A stretch of DNA of 37,687 nt from contig NW_021836858.1 in assembly GCF_006345805.1 (NCBI RefSeq), positions 1 to 37,687 of the forward strand. The letters are read 5' to 3'. Source of the stretch: Octopus sinensis. Taxonomy: Eukaryota. Under the pieces are notes generated by a model, which saw only the letters and a program-made list of their open reading frames with translations, searched no databases and was not told the origin of the DNA. This document shows, piece by piece, positions 20,832 through 34,116 of the stretch. Both the position numbers and the translations under genes were made by a program. The number at the start of each line of letters is the position of its first letter. Positions within the stretch are counted from its first letter, which is position 1.

Positions 20832-22015
20832 TATGCATATATATATATATATATATATATATTATGTATATATATATGTATATATGTATATATATATGTG
20901 TGTGTGTGTGTATAAATATATATATATACTTTAACAGCCGTTGTCTATGCTGGCACAGACTAGGCGGTTTGACCAGAGCTGGCAAGCTGGAGAGCTGCAC
21001 CAGGCTCCTGTCAGATTTGGCATGGTCTCTCTCTACTGCTGGATGTCCTTCCTAACGCCAACCACTTTACAGAGGAGTGTGCTGGGTGTCTTTACGTGGC
21101 GTCGCACGAGCGCTTTTTCATAGCGCCGCACGGGCGCTTTTACGACGGGCTTCTTTCAGTTTCCGTCAACCAAATTCACTAACAAGGCTTTAGTCGGCCC
21201 GCGGCTATAATAGAAGACAGTTGCCTTAGGTACCGTGCGGTGGGACTGAACCCGGAACCATGTGGTTGAGAATCAAACTTCTTACCACTCAACTACGCCT
21301 GCCCCTATCCAAATAATTTAGATTACAATGCTTAATAGTTCAGTACTGGTTTACAATAATGAACTATCATCCATAGATGTGGATGGAACTGGAAAATCTG
21401 TACGGGCATGAGACATTTTGAGGTCGCTTATTTAGCGCCACTGATTCGAACCTGCTTATTTCACATCAGACATTTTAATATTTATCTCCTTCTCTCCCTT
21501 CCACTCCGTCTCTCACTTTTTCGCTCCCTCTCTCTCTCTTTCTCCCTCTCTCTCTCTCTCTCATTCTTTCAGTATCTATATATGTATATTTCTGCGCATG
21601 CGCGTGCATGTCTATGTGTGCTTACCTCCAGTACCAAAAATTACCGTCACCAAAACAGGTTGAATGTTCAGTTAGCCGCCCCAAATCGTTTGCGCCCATA
21701 TAGCTGCGCCCAGTCGTCTCATTCCGGTCTGTAAAACCCTACCTTAATTCATATGAATCAACACCATATAACACTGACTTCATACTACAGACAGAACAAC
21801 AATGCACTTTGTTGCTTTATGATCCACTTGTAGCAATCCACTCGTACAAAATCTAGTTTTCTGTATTTGTTATCCTTGTATCAGTTACCTGCTCACTTCT
21901 CGTAACAGTTTATACATACAAATGCTTTTCATTCTCACTTTTCCATTCTGTTTCTTTTTCTCTTTCTCTCTCTCTCTCTCTCTCTCTGTCGCTTCTTCCT
22001 TGTTACGACCAAAAG

Positions 22016-22228
22016 GATTATTGGAAAGCGTTTCAAACCTGGACAATCCTGTAGTATTTGAAATACAACTTAACGAAATGCTTGAAAATAAAATATATAA
22101 ATGCCTCACCTGGGACTCTGACAAGTCTACCTGGGAAGACTTAGAGACAGCCAAAACAAATCAAAGCAACTCCAGAGTACAGTGTGAAACAACTCATTTG
22201 ACAAAGTTTCTAATTGGACAAGAATCAA
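22016..22228 (+). CDS. Exon 6 with GPS motif: (G)LLESVSNLDNPVVFEI...KCLTWDSDKSTW...VQCETTHL/TKFLIGQES
   Basis: Acceptor aag| after a CT tract and donor |gtaagt. Phase 1 to 1. The pattern C-x2-W...W...C-x-T-x-H-L-T-x-F is the two-cysteine PKD1-type GPS. Predicted autoproteolysis between 22200 and 22201. Confidence 0.88.
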
Positions 22229-22389
22229 GTAAGTCGACAATTAGAACAAAATTATTTTTGTTTTCATTCGTTTTTATAATTTGTTGTTTCATGTACAGCT
22301 GTTTCATATTTCTAATCTAGGTTTTGATGAGTGCTATACATCATATACCCCATATATATATATATATATATATATATATCTATATATAT

Positions 22390-22436
<47 letters not shown>

Positions 22437-22489
22437 GTAAAATATCTACATATATATAAAATGTAAATACATGTGTGTGAGTGAGAGGA

Positions 22490-22562
22490 GAGTGTATGTA
22501 TCTATGTATATATGAATGTATGTATGAATGTATGTATGTAAATATGTATATATGTATGTATG

Positions 22563-22598
<36 letters not shown>

Positions 22599-22811
22599 TG
22601 TATGTATGTATGTATATATGAATGTATGTATGTATGTATATATGTATGTATGTATGTATGTATATATGAATGTATGTATGTATGTATATATGTATGTATG
22701 TATGTATATATGAATGTATGTATGTATGTATGTATGTATGTATGTATGTATGTATGTATGTATATGAATGTATGTATGTGTATGTATGTATGTATGTAGT
22801 ATGATATATGA

Positions 22812-22842
<31 letters not shown>

Positions 22843-23018
22843 TATATGTATGTATGTATGTATGTATATATGAATGTATGTATGTATATGTATGTATGTA
22901 TATGATTGTATGTATGTATATATGAATGTATGTTGTATGTATGTATGTATGTATGTATGTATGTATATATGTATGTAGTATGTATTATGAATTTATGTAT
23001 GTATTGTATGTATGTATG

Positions 23019-23050
<32 letters not shown>

Positions 23051-24951
23051 TGTTATATTGAATGATGTATGTATGTATGTATGTATGTATGTATGTATGT
23101 ATGTATGTATGTATGTATGTATGTATGTATGTGTGTATGTATGTATGTATGTTGATGTATGGTATGTATGATGTATGTATGTATGTATGTTATATTGAAT
23201 GTATGTATGTATGTATGTATTATGTATGTATGTATGTATGTATGTATGTATGTATTATGTATGTATGTAGATATGAATGTATGTATGTATGTATGTATGT
23301 GTATGTAATGTATGTATGTATGTATGTATGTTGTATATGTATGTATGTATGTATGTATGTTGTATGAAATGTATTATGTATGTATGTATGTATGTATTTA
23401 TGTATGTAGGTATGTATGTTCTGTATATGAATGTATGTATGTATGTTAATGTATATTATGAATGTATGTATGTATGTATTATGACGATGTATGTATGTAT
23501 GTATGTTGTATGTATGTATGTATGTATGTAATGTAATGGATGTAATGTATGATGTATGTATGTATGTTATGATGTATGTATGATGTAGTATGTATGTATG
23601 TATGTATGTATGAATGTATGTATGTATGTATGTATGTATGTATGTATGTATGTAGTATATATGAATGTATGTATGTATGTATGTATGTAGGTGATGTCGT
23701 TGTAGTATGTATGTATTGTATGTATGTATGTATATATGTATGTATGTATGTATATATGAATGTATGTATGTATGTATGTATGTATATTTTATGTATGTAG
23801 TATGTATGTATGTATGTATATATGAATGTATGTAGTATGTATGTATGTTGTATGTATGTATGTATGTATGTATATATGAATGTATGTATGTGTGTTATGT
23901 ATGTATGTATGTAATGAATGTATGTATGTATGTATGTATGTTATGTATGTATATATGAATGGTCATGTATGTATGTAATGGATGTATGTATGTATGTATG
24001 TATGTATGTATGTATGTATGTATGTTGTATGTATATGAAGGTATGTATGTATGTATGTATGTATGTATGTATGTATGTATGTATGTATTATGTAATGTAT
24101 GTATGTATGTATGTATGTTATGTATGTATGAATGTATGTATGTATGTATGTATGTATTTATGTATGTATGTATGTATGTATGTAGGTCTATATGAATGTA
24201 TGTATGTATGTATGTATGTATATAATGAATGTATGTATGTATGTATATATATGAATGTAATGTATGTTGTATGTATGTATGTATGTATGTATGTATGTAT
24301 AATGTATGTATGTATGTATGTATGTATTAATATATGAATGTGTATGTTGGATGTGGTATGTATGATGTATGTATTGTAATTGTATGTATGTATATATGAT
24401 GTATGTAGTATGTATGTATGTATGTATGTATGTATGTATGTATGTATGTATGTATGTATGTAGTATGTATGTATGTATGTAGGTAGATTATGTATGTATT
24501 GTATATGTATGTATGGATGTATGTATGTATGTATGTTGGAGGTATGTATGTATGTATTATGATGTATGTATGTATGTATGTATGTATGTATATGTATGTA
24601 TGAATGTATGTATGTATGTTGTATGTATTAATGTATGTATGTATGTATGTATTATGTATGTATGAATGTATGTATGTATGTATGTATGTAATGTATGTAT
24701 GTATGTAGATTATGTATGTATGTATGTATGTAATGTATGTAGTATGTATGTATGTATGTATGTATGTATGTATGTATGTATGTATGTATGTAGTCTTATG
24801 TATATATGTATGTATGTATTATGTGTATGTCTGTATGTATGTAGTATGTTATATGTATGTATGTATGTATGTATATATGAATGAATGTATGTATGTATAT
24901 ATGTATGTATGTATGTATGTATATATGTATATATGAATGTATGTATGTATG

Positions 24952-24982
<31 letters not shown>

Positions 24983-25093
24983 ATATGAATGTATGTATGT
25001 ATGTATGTATGTATGTATGTATGTATGTATGTATGTATGTATGTATATATGTATGTATGTATGTATATATGAATGTATGTATATGTATATATA

Positions 25094-25129
<36 letters not shown>

Positions 25130-25145
25130 TGTATGTATGTATGTA
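22490..25145. repeat. About 2.65 kb degenerate (TATG)n satellite with recurrent TATATGAATG variants
   Basis: Direct reading. All the MYVC/YIHT ORFs here are artefacts. Confidence 0.97.
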
Positions 25146-27342
25146 CACGACTACACGCAAGCATAAACGTTCAATTACATCTCTTTTGCTTCACTCATTT
25201 TTTCAGAAACTAGTCAAGGTGCCGGCGGTGAGTACACGATTATATGTTTTCATTCTCAATGTTTCCTTCACATTTAATGTTTTTATAGAAACATTGGTAT
25301 TGTAGAGTCTCATTTTACACCCTGTTTCCTCCATAAGAACACGCTCATTCATGTAGGTATGCACATGCACAATTTAAGCGGTTGCACGACAGTAGATTGG
25401 GTGTGACGTTTATTTGCTGATTGACGAATCGCAGCGTGTTGCCATTACTAAAAATGTTACGTTTATATTTTCTAAACAACGCTTTTAAACATGTCGGCAT
25501 CATTGTCATTGTTAATATTGTTAATGATGATGGGGTGCTTTGGCTCTGTCCAGATTGCATATACTTAAGATCAAAGTCGTTCCAACCATGAGCCTCTCGT
25601 TATTTCATCAGAGACTACACGACTAAGTTATTCAATGTGTCCTTCCTTTTTCTTAAAGCTGTGAGATGTGTTTTGAGAGAACTTTGACTACTGTTTCTCG
25701 CAGTCCAAGTGACCACGTGGAGTCTACCACAAAGTGTATATTAAGGTAGCAGACGAATCTACACAGAATAATCCATAAAGAAGAAAACACAAAGACTGGC
25801 CTCGACACGATTTGAAGTTTGAGGAACGCAATCTAAAGGTCATGATGCATTCAGTTCGAAGTCTTGCCTTATTGTCCCTCGTCATCACCTTCAATCGATT
25901 TTTTGGACTTCACTTTTATTTTGGGATTATTTATAACGTTGATATCTTTCTCAATATGATTAGTCGTGACATCAATGCCTTTCCTAATATCATGAGTTAA
26001 TACCTTTCTCAGTATCATTAGTGATATAAATTATTTGAATCAACTACCAAAGGAATAGAACCGTTTTTCTTAATGTGTTCACCTAAAAATTCAATATTCA
26101 CTGATTTCTAATTTTTATTTCTTTCTCGATATTGAAAAGGGTGGGGTATGTGTGAGGTCAAACTCTGTACCTCAAGAATATAGCCAATTGAATCGACCCC
26201 AGTATAATACCTCAGAGATATTAAATACCAAAGTCAACACCAGGGATATTTCAACTCCAATCGCAAGGCGTCCAAAACACATACAGTATAGAATTTAATC
26301 TCTGCTCTATCGTACCAGCCATAAATAGGATTTGGGTTTTGACTGAGTGCAAAGTTCACGTGAAAAAATATCCTGACATTTAAAGCTTTCTTGGGGTGTA
26401 TTCACTGTGCAAGTTAACTTTGCACTAAGCAAGAATTGAAACCAAGTTAAGATCGGTCTTCATTCACCAGAAATTTCTGTCTTTCTCCATTGGACTAGCT
26501 GTTCTAATTGTTCTATAACATTGATTTAGTATTGGATAAGAAGAGACAAAAATGCTGGGAAACTTTACTATATGGAAATCAAACGATAAGGTCACTGCTA
26601 ACATTAACTATAGTAAATCAAATAATTGAAATTGAATTAAAATCATAGGCAAAGGAAAGTGAATTTATGATCAATTTTGTTCGCAAAAGTTGAGTCATAC
26701 AGACCTCAGAATTTAGAGAAACTTTTAATGTGAATGAAGAGAAATACAAGATTCAGTGTTTCAATCTCACTTTGAAGTTAGGTATTTGATATTATTTGTG
26801 TAGAAATGTTGATTAAGGAGACCGGACTCACGATTTCAAACCAGAGTTTAAGTGTATCAGTTTATTTACTCTGATAGTACTTTTGAAAAGGTTGATGCAA
26901 TATTTTTCGTTCTTCTAAAAATACTTAATATACGAGGCTCCTGCGCCTAATCACAATTAAACCGATATCATGTATGACATTGAGAATTAAACGATAGTCT
27001 CGAATCTTTATGTTTTGAGTTCAAAAACGCAAGAGGGCAGTAGTGAATAGAGTCAACTCAATCGACTTCACACTTTCCCGCCAAAAGCTGACTTACACAT
27101 TGCAAGAAAGCAATACATCTTCATAGTTGTTATACACAAGAAAACTCTTTGTATATTTATATCACACACACATACACACACACATACATATATATATACA
27201 TACATATTTATATTACACACACATACACACACACATATATACATACATGTTTATATACACACATATATATATATATATATATCATTCATACATACATACA
27301 CACACACGTATATATTTATGCATGTATGTGTATGTGTGTAAA

Positions 27343-27382
<40 letters not shown>

Positions 27383-28376
27383 GTGTGTGTGTGTGTGTGC
27401 GTGTGAGTAAAACAGTGGGTCACCAGATGAGCTCGAAAAAAAGAGACAAACGAAAGCTAGATGAAGAAAAGGAGTCAAAGATTGTGCTGGAAACCGTCCA
27501 AAAGATTTGGTAGTTTGTCTCTTTAGGTCAATAGATCTCGGCAAGAACATCCAAGGAAGAAGTGATCGAGCGCAGAATCCCCAATTGTGTATCCATTTCG
27601 GGGGCCGAGCTAGATCTATCTTTAAGCTTAATATTTTTATGATTGTGAAAAGAATGCAATGCGGCAAATGTTTTCTACTGACACTCACACAATACAGAAA
27701 TGTAAAATATGACGGATTTAAACTATAAACTAAGAACAATGCGAAGAGCTCGCCAAAATTTTATGCTCATGGAAGACCAAAAGAATAGTGTAAGAATAGT
27801 GTATGTATGTATGTATGTATGTATTATGTATGTATGTATGTATGTATGTATGAATGTATGTCTTTACACACAGAGATTATCCTATAACAGGTGTGTCTGA
27901 AAAGCTATAAACAGCGAAAGCGCTTATGTATTACAAACACTTCTTTCCAAAAGATTCTTGAAGTTATAAAAAATTAAAGTGAAGCTGGGGTCGCATACCG
28001 AGAATGATAGACATGAGACAGACCTCAAAATGAACCAACCGAACTCACAGAAAATACAAATTAGGTTATGCTAATCTCGAAGATTTGATGCCAAGACGGT
28101 CTTCTCAAATACAAAGACGGTGGAAAGAAGCATCAGATCAGAGTAAGCGGTAAAAGCTGAAGGAAATATTCGTCCAATGTAGACCAGGAACCGATGTTCG
28201 AAACTAAAGCCGAAAGGAATGTCACATGACCAAACAGATGTGTGACATTTGTTTTCTGTTTCTAGTTCTGTATTGCGTAATTGCCGAGGATAGTTAACTC
28301 CCAAACAGCACAGGCCATAAACTGTAAATGTCCACCGTGGCTAGAGTTAGACATATATAAATGAAACATTATGATT

Positions 28377-28785
28377 ACTCTTTACTCTTTTACTCTTTTA
28401 CTTGTTTCAGTTATTTGATTGCGGCCATGCTGGAGCACCGCCTTTAGTCGAGCAACTCGACCCCGGGACTTATTCTTTTGTAAGCCCAGTACTTATTCTA
28501 TCGGTCTCTTTTGCCGAACCGCTAAGTAACGGGGACATAAACACACCAGCATCGGTTGTCAAGCAATGCTATGGGGACAAACACAGACACACAAACACAC
28601 ACATGCATATATATATATACATATATACGACGGGCTTCTTTTTTAGTTTCCGTCTACCAAATCCACTCACAAGGCTTTGGTCGGCCTGAGGCTATAGCAG
28701 AAGACACTTGCCCAAGGTGCCACCCAGTGGGACTGAACCCGGAACCATGTGGTTGGTAAACAAGCTACTTACCACACAGCCACTC
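28377..28785 (-). mobile_element. SINE family B with 23-bp TSD
   Basis: TATATAAATGAAACATTATGATT at 28354-28376 and 28794-28816. Further family B pieces at 4293-4375 (+, tail), 21143-21305 (-) and 34010-34056 (-, tail). Confidence 0.92.
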
Positions 28786-30327
28786 AAAATATCTATATAA
28801 ATGAAACATTATGATTCTTCTACATATACCCAATGGGTATTAAGTTCTTCAATATTTCCAGGAGAGACTTTTCAAGCATATCGCAAGAGAAATACATTTA
28901 AATTTTACCTTAAAGAATTCTGATTTTTTCGCACAGTTTGTCCCTCATTTTTTTTCCAATACTTTTTCTTCTTCAGACTGGTTGTTGTGTCACTCTGGTT
29001 AGTTCTGGTTGAAACGATGTTATTTGTTGGTCGCAATATTCGGTCAGTACCGTTCTGTGCAAACTAGCATTGAGTGATTTATCATAGGTTTTCTTCACAG
29101 TCATGTGGTTTCGTATTCAATCACGTAGTTTCGTATTCGACCACGTAGTTTCGTATTCGATCCCACTACACGATACTTTAAACAAATAATTCCTACCATA
29201 ACATGGAGTTGACCTAGGGCTTAATGGAAAATATGAGAAAGTCAATCAGACTGTTCCTGTTCTTGGCTGATGAAACCATTCCGGTGTATTTAGTCAGGAT
29301 ATATTCAGGTTGATTTTCCGTCAACAGCTACCTCCGTTAATAGCTACTTCCCTAAATAGAGACAGCTGCTTGACACTGTGGCCATGAGTATGTACAAATA
29401 GGTAAATACCCCTACTGACACCTCCTCAGAAAATCTAGCATCCATTTGTAACAATAATAGGAAATAGAGCACGTAAAATATAATGTCTGGTTTTAGAAAG
29501 ACAACAAAATATCTATAACTGGTTTCAATCGGGTTTACCGTTGTTGTTTAACCGAGGACAGCCTTGGTTGATAATTGCCATGACTAAAGGCTTTTCGGTC
29601 ATGACTCCATAGCCCGATGTGTTCTTGCGTTTTGGAACGAGAGATATTTGGTAGCTATTTCTTGCAGATCGGGAAACTACAGAGAGGTTCCTACATCGGT
29701 TCACATTTCCTGACTATGTAATGTGATATCTTATCCACATATGCCATTCATTCACGGTAGCATCACATGGCGAAATTCTTCAGTCTATATTCTTACCTTC
29801 CCAACTTTGAGAAGACTCACTATGGACCATTTCAAGATCTTGTTCCCTCTAGTTATGCTCGTCTACTGGGTGTATAATGTTATACAGATATAAGACCTTT
29901 GAAGTGCGACAAACTGGCAGACTTGTTAGATCGTTAGACAAAATATGTTGTTCTGAGCTCAGATCTGGTCGAGGTCAACTTTTCCTTGTGTTCTTCCTGG
30001 TTAGATACGATAATCTCATTCAAGGACTTGGATTGATCATATCTTATGCATTTGTAAAAAATTGAAGCATTTATTTGAGATGTGAGTCGAAGAGCAGAAA
30101 GTAAATGAAGATAAACTCAAGCTCAGTCGAATTTGTGAAGCATTTTCAATTACGGGTAGAAGTTATTTCAGTTTACATCCATCCGCTCTAACAGCACCAG
30201 GGTCAGAGGATGAATGTTACGAATTCTAATTTTCCTTTTCATAACTTTTAGGCTCTTCAGATCTTGTTCGTTAATGCAAACAAATACGTTGGATTTAGTC
30301 ATGGTGTGTGTGTGCGCGTGCGTGTGT

Positions 30328-30368
<41 letters not shown>

Positions 30369-30494
30369 CGTGCGTGTGTGTGCGTGTGTGTGTGTGTGTG
30401 CAGAGAATGTTTCAGGAATTCAATGTCGAAATCATTTCAAGAAGTATATATATACTAAAAAAGTAAAACAGACGCAGTGGATAGAAGGATAATA

Positions 30495-30888
30495 TTCGAC
30501 TCTGAAGACACAAGGTCTGAAATTTTGGAGGAACGGGTCATTCGATTAGATCAACCCCAGTAGGCAACTGGTACTTATTTAATCGACTGCGAAAGGATGA
30601 AAGCAAAGTCGACCTCGACGGAATTTGAATTCAGAATGTAAAGACAGACGAAATACCTATTTCTTTACTACCCACAAGGGGCTAAACACAGAGAGGACAA
30701 ACAAGGACAGACAAACGGATTAAGTCGATTATATCGACCCCAGTGCGTAACTGGTACTTATTTAATCGACCCCCATAGGATGAAAAGCAAAGTCGACCTC
30801 GGCGGAATTTGAACTCAGAATGTAAAGACAGACGAAATACCGCTATGCATTTCACCCGGCGTGCTAACGTTTCTGCCAGCTCACCTCC
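30495..30888 (-). mobile_element. Dimeric SINE (family A unit plus A'-tailed unit)
   Basis: GACGAAATAC at 30647 and 30831 (period 184). Same architecture as 8841-9586. Confidence 0.85.
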
Positions 30889-31134
30889 TTAATAGAAGGA
30901 TAGTATTAATTATATTTATTATATGTAGTATGTCTTTGTGTTGTTTTTAATCTGTTAGGCCCTTGTGGCTAATAGCGCAAATTATTATCATCTTTATTAT
31001 TACTATTATTGAGGTTGACTTTGCTTTTCATCATTTCGGGGTCGATAAATAAAGTATCAGTGAAACATTGGGGTCGATCTAATCGACTAGTCCCCTGACT
31101 CAAAATTTCAGGCCTTGTGCCTTTAGTAGAAAGG

Positions 31135-31170
<36 letters not shown>

Positions 31171-32796
31171 ATTATTAGAGAAAGACTTCGTTTTGGAGCT
31201 CGTATGTTGTTTTGAAGAAAGTAATTTGCCGTTTACTGATGAAACCAACATGCATCCATTTGAGGCTGGTTGGCCTTGTGAAATTTCCGCGCCTCCGGGG
31301 CGAGTTTTGAAACTTTTTGGTAGCAAAATTATAATTTCTTGAAAAAATTACATTATAGCTTCGCAAATCCAGGAAGGGAGTGCTGTTAGCTGTTCCAACA
31401 TCCAATACATTCCCAATTTCTCACCACTACCTGTTAACAGAGAATGTATGAACAACAATAGCAACAACGACGACAAAAGAAACGGCGCGAATGGAAATTC
31501 GTGTGAAGGCAACACTGGCGCCACTTCTACTATTGCCGTCGGAACAAAGGAAAAGTGAGAGAAAGACGCGCTGACGAAAACAGCTAGGACGCAGAAACGG
31601 ACGTAAGAAAAACCTTCAAACAACGACACGCCAACATCGCCAACACCATCATCAGAATCACCACTGCAGAGACAACCGTCATCACAACCATCAGTAAAAC
31701 CCGTTAAACACCAAAACCAAGGACAACCACTAAAATACATCTTGAATTACACGACCGTTCTTACAAATATCATGCACTTACTTCAATGCGCATGTGCTGG
31801 AAATTGCCCGGAAGCAAGATCACATGTGTTAATGACCTCATGACAGTAAATTTAAATTGGGTAGCCATCACCCAAAACACAGGATTTCCGGAACACTCAT
31901 ATTCGCACTCCTCGAGGACTCCGAGGTGTACGCGTGTTTCGGTCAATCCGGATCGTGATTAATGGCAATGTTGTTTTAAGAGGATTTGGGTCTTCAGATC
32001 AGGATGATCCTCTTGGATTTGGATAGTGAATTGGTGACTTTGAATCTATGCAGCAGTAATGGTGGTGCTTTTGGACAGTGGCCGTTTATGCCCTGCCTTG
32101 GACAGAGTGGACAGACTTTAAGCGTCTAGAAGCATTCTTGGTAACGTTCCGCCATCAAGCAACGAAAATGCTATCGCATCGGCAGACAGGGATTGCGCAG
32201 AAATTGACCACATAGAAGGGGTGTTGTAAAAACCGCAGACAGTTCCAGCTCTCTGACAGGCACTGACTAGATTTTCCAAATGTGTCACTATGGACATGGA
32301 CAGCTAGATCTTATGAGTGCTTAGAGCCAATTGTATAAGTATGTGTCCTCAAGATGGTTTAGATAAACATAGCTTCGAACATCATCAATTTCCGTGAATC
32401 GGTTACACAGATCCCAAGGCTGTCATCATCGAAAATTTCTCTCATAACTCTGCTGAATGTAGAGTTTATGATTTTGTCCAAAATGCTCACAAGGAAAGAG
32501 GTTACCATTAGTCGTTGATGCCACGATGAAAGTTCTCAGTAAATTCGACAATTCGTACTTGGCCACTGCCCTCAGTTAAGTCAGTTTCAATTTTGTTTTT
32601 AGAGGCTGTGTCGCTTCAATGTACGGCGGTATCAGCTCAGGATTAGGTTAATTAACCCTTTCCAAACCGTTTTGAATCATCACCAACCCTTAAATCCTTT
32701 TAACCATATCGATAATATGATCAACATGTCTTATTTATTAACTTCTAAACCAAAGTTCGATATTTGTGTAATAAATGTTATTAATGGTTCTTTCAG

Positions 32797-32900
32797 GTTA
32801 TAAGTCTTCTGCGATAAGGCCCTCTCTATGCGTAAGCCTCTTTATCCTATACTTATCTTGTGCAATTATTTATCCCTGGAGACTTGTACATCAGACATGA
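32797..32900 (+). CDS. Probable terminal exon 7: (S)YKSSAIRPSLCVSLFILYLSCAIIYPWRLVHQT*
   Basis: Acceptor ttctttcag|, phase 1. About 19-residue hydrophobic helix, then TGA at 32898-32900. AATAAA at 33069-33074. No better phase-1 exon was found between 22229 and 32796. Confidence 0.55.
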
Positions 32901-33214
32901 TCTATCACTAGCTCACTTTGGTAGGTAATTTTCTATTCTTTACTGAACTTCCTGAAATTGCTTGTTGGCCTGTTTTGCTTCGGTTATGCTTTCTCTCGTA
33001 TATTTATTTATTTACTTTGTTTTTTACAGACTTTTTTCATTTTTGCCCACCTATCTTCTATCATCTATAATAAACAATATATATTACAACTATACGTAAA
33101 AAAATTATATATAAAAACATATATATATGTATATTAAGTAGGTAGGTAGGGTAAATCTTAGCTGTTTTCTCTTGAAGCACATCTGCTTATTAAGTCGCAT
33201 GTAATTGCTGTGTA

Positions 33215-33512
33215 GAGGCACATGGCCTAGTAGTTAGAGCAGCGGACTCGCGGTCGAGGGATCGCGGGTTCGAATCGCAGACCGGGCGATGTGTGTGTTT
33301 ATGAGCGAAAACACCTAAGCTCCACGCGGCTCCGGCAGAAGGTAATGGCGAACTTCTGCTGACTCTTTCGCCACAACTTTCTCTCACTCTTTCCTCCTGC
33401 ATCTTGCAGCTCACCTGCGACGGACCGGCGTCCCGTCCAGGTGGGGAACCTATACGCCAAGGAAACCGGGAAACAGGCCCTTATGAGCCAGGGATGGCTC
33501 GAGAAGGAACAA
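33215..33512 (+). mobile_element. tRNA-derived SINE, family C
   Basis: TGGCCTAGTAGTTAGAGC (A box) and GGTTCGAATCGC (B box). The head is shared with 37255-37640. Confidence 0.8.
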
Positions 33513-33571
33513 TGTAGTTGCTGTCGTTGTAGAGTTGAAAATTCTGGAAATATTTTTTGCAGAGCTATTGC

Positions 33572-33877
33572 ATAACAAAACAGGAAATTGGAAAAAAATA
33601 TTTGGCATTATTTATTCACCATTACACATGTTTCCTTTGCTAATAGGAATTACAAGGTTTTACATGTTAGACAAATATGTAAGAGATCTTCTAAAAGAAA
33701 CTCTTGAGACAGATGATCGAATAATATCATTCGATTCTCTGTCTGAAGAGTTTCTCATTGGAAATTCCTCACATGTCTATCTTACATGTAAAACTTTTTA
33801 ACTCATATTAGCAAATGAAACATATGGAATGGTAAATTATTGATACCAAATATTTTTCCAATTTCCTGTTTTGTTAT
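33572..33877. repeat. Imperfect 306-bp palindrome (fold-back or MITE relic)
   Basis: The arms pair around 33725/33726. The outer about 29 bp are perfect apart from a 2-nt indel. I counted 28 mismatches in the inner 125 bp. Confidence 0.9.
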
Positions 33878-34054
33878 ATACCAGGGGCAACAAGTTAATT
33901 CTGACTGTGGATAAGATATTTTATCCATAATATTTAATCTATATATTTGTCGGACTAACAAGTATGGATGAAGTATTTTATATGTATGAATTATATATGT
34001 ACATATTTTTTTCTAGTTTCAGCTCAGAGCTGCGGCCATGCTGATGCACCGCCG

Positions 34055-34116
<62 letters not shown>

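Noticed and set aside
22528-25305. Many MYVCMYVC and YIHT ORFs, and similar ORFs elsewhere
   Set aside because: Translations of microsatellites.
27428-27780. Possible decayed hAT/SPIN-like transposase N-terminus (MSSKKRDKRKLDEEK...)
   Set aside because: The similarity is too weak and interrupted to support without a search, and no TIRs were found.
28978-29070. Strong acceptor followed by a hydrophobic frame (LVVVSLWLVLV...)
   Set aside because: The hydrophobic frame needs phase 2 but exon 6 ends in phase 1; the phase-1 frame stops after about 8 codons.
29877-30065. ORF or possible exon YKTFEVRQTG...
   Set aside because: Phase-incompatible with exon 6 and no family motif.
33215-33290. tRNA gene
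   Set aside because: A and B boxes continue into a repeated SINE body, with no proper acceptor stem or terminator. The same applies to the other tRNA-like heads.
33743-33766. CTGAAGAG...GGAAAT inside the second hairpin
   Set aside because: No valid stem II closing pair, stem III or cleavage triplet.
33535-33801. 88-aa ORF
   Set aside because: It lies within the imperfect palindrome and has a non-ATG start and no domain.
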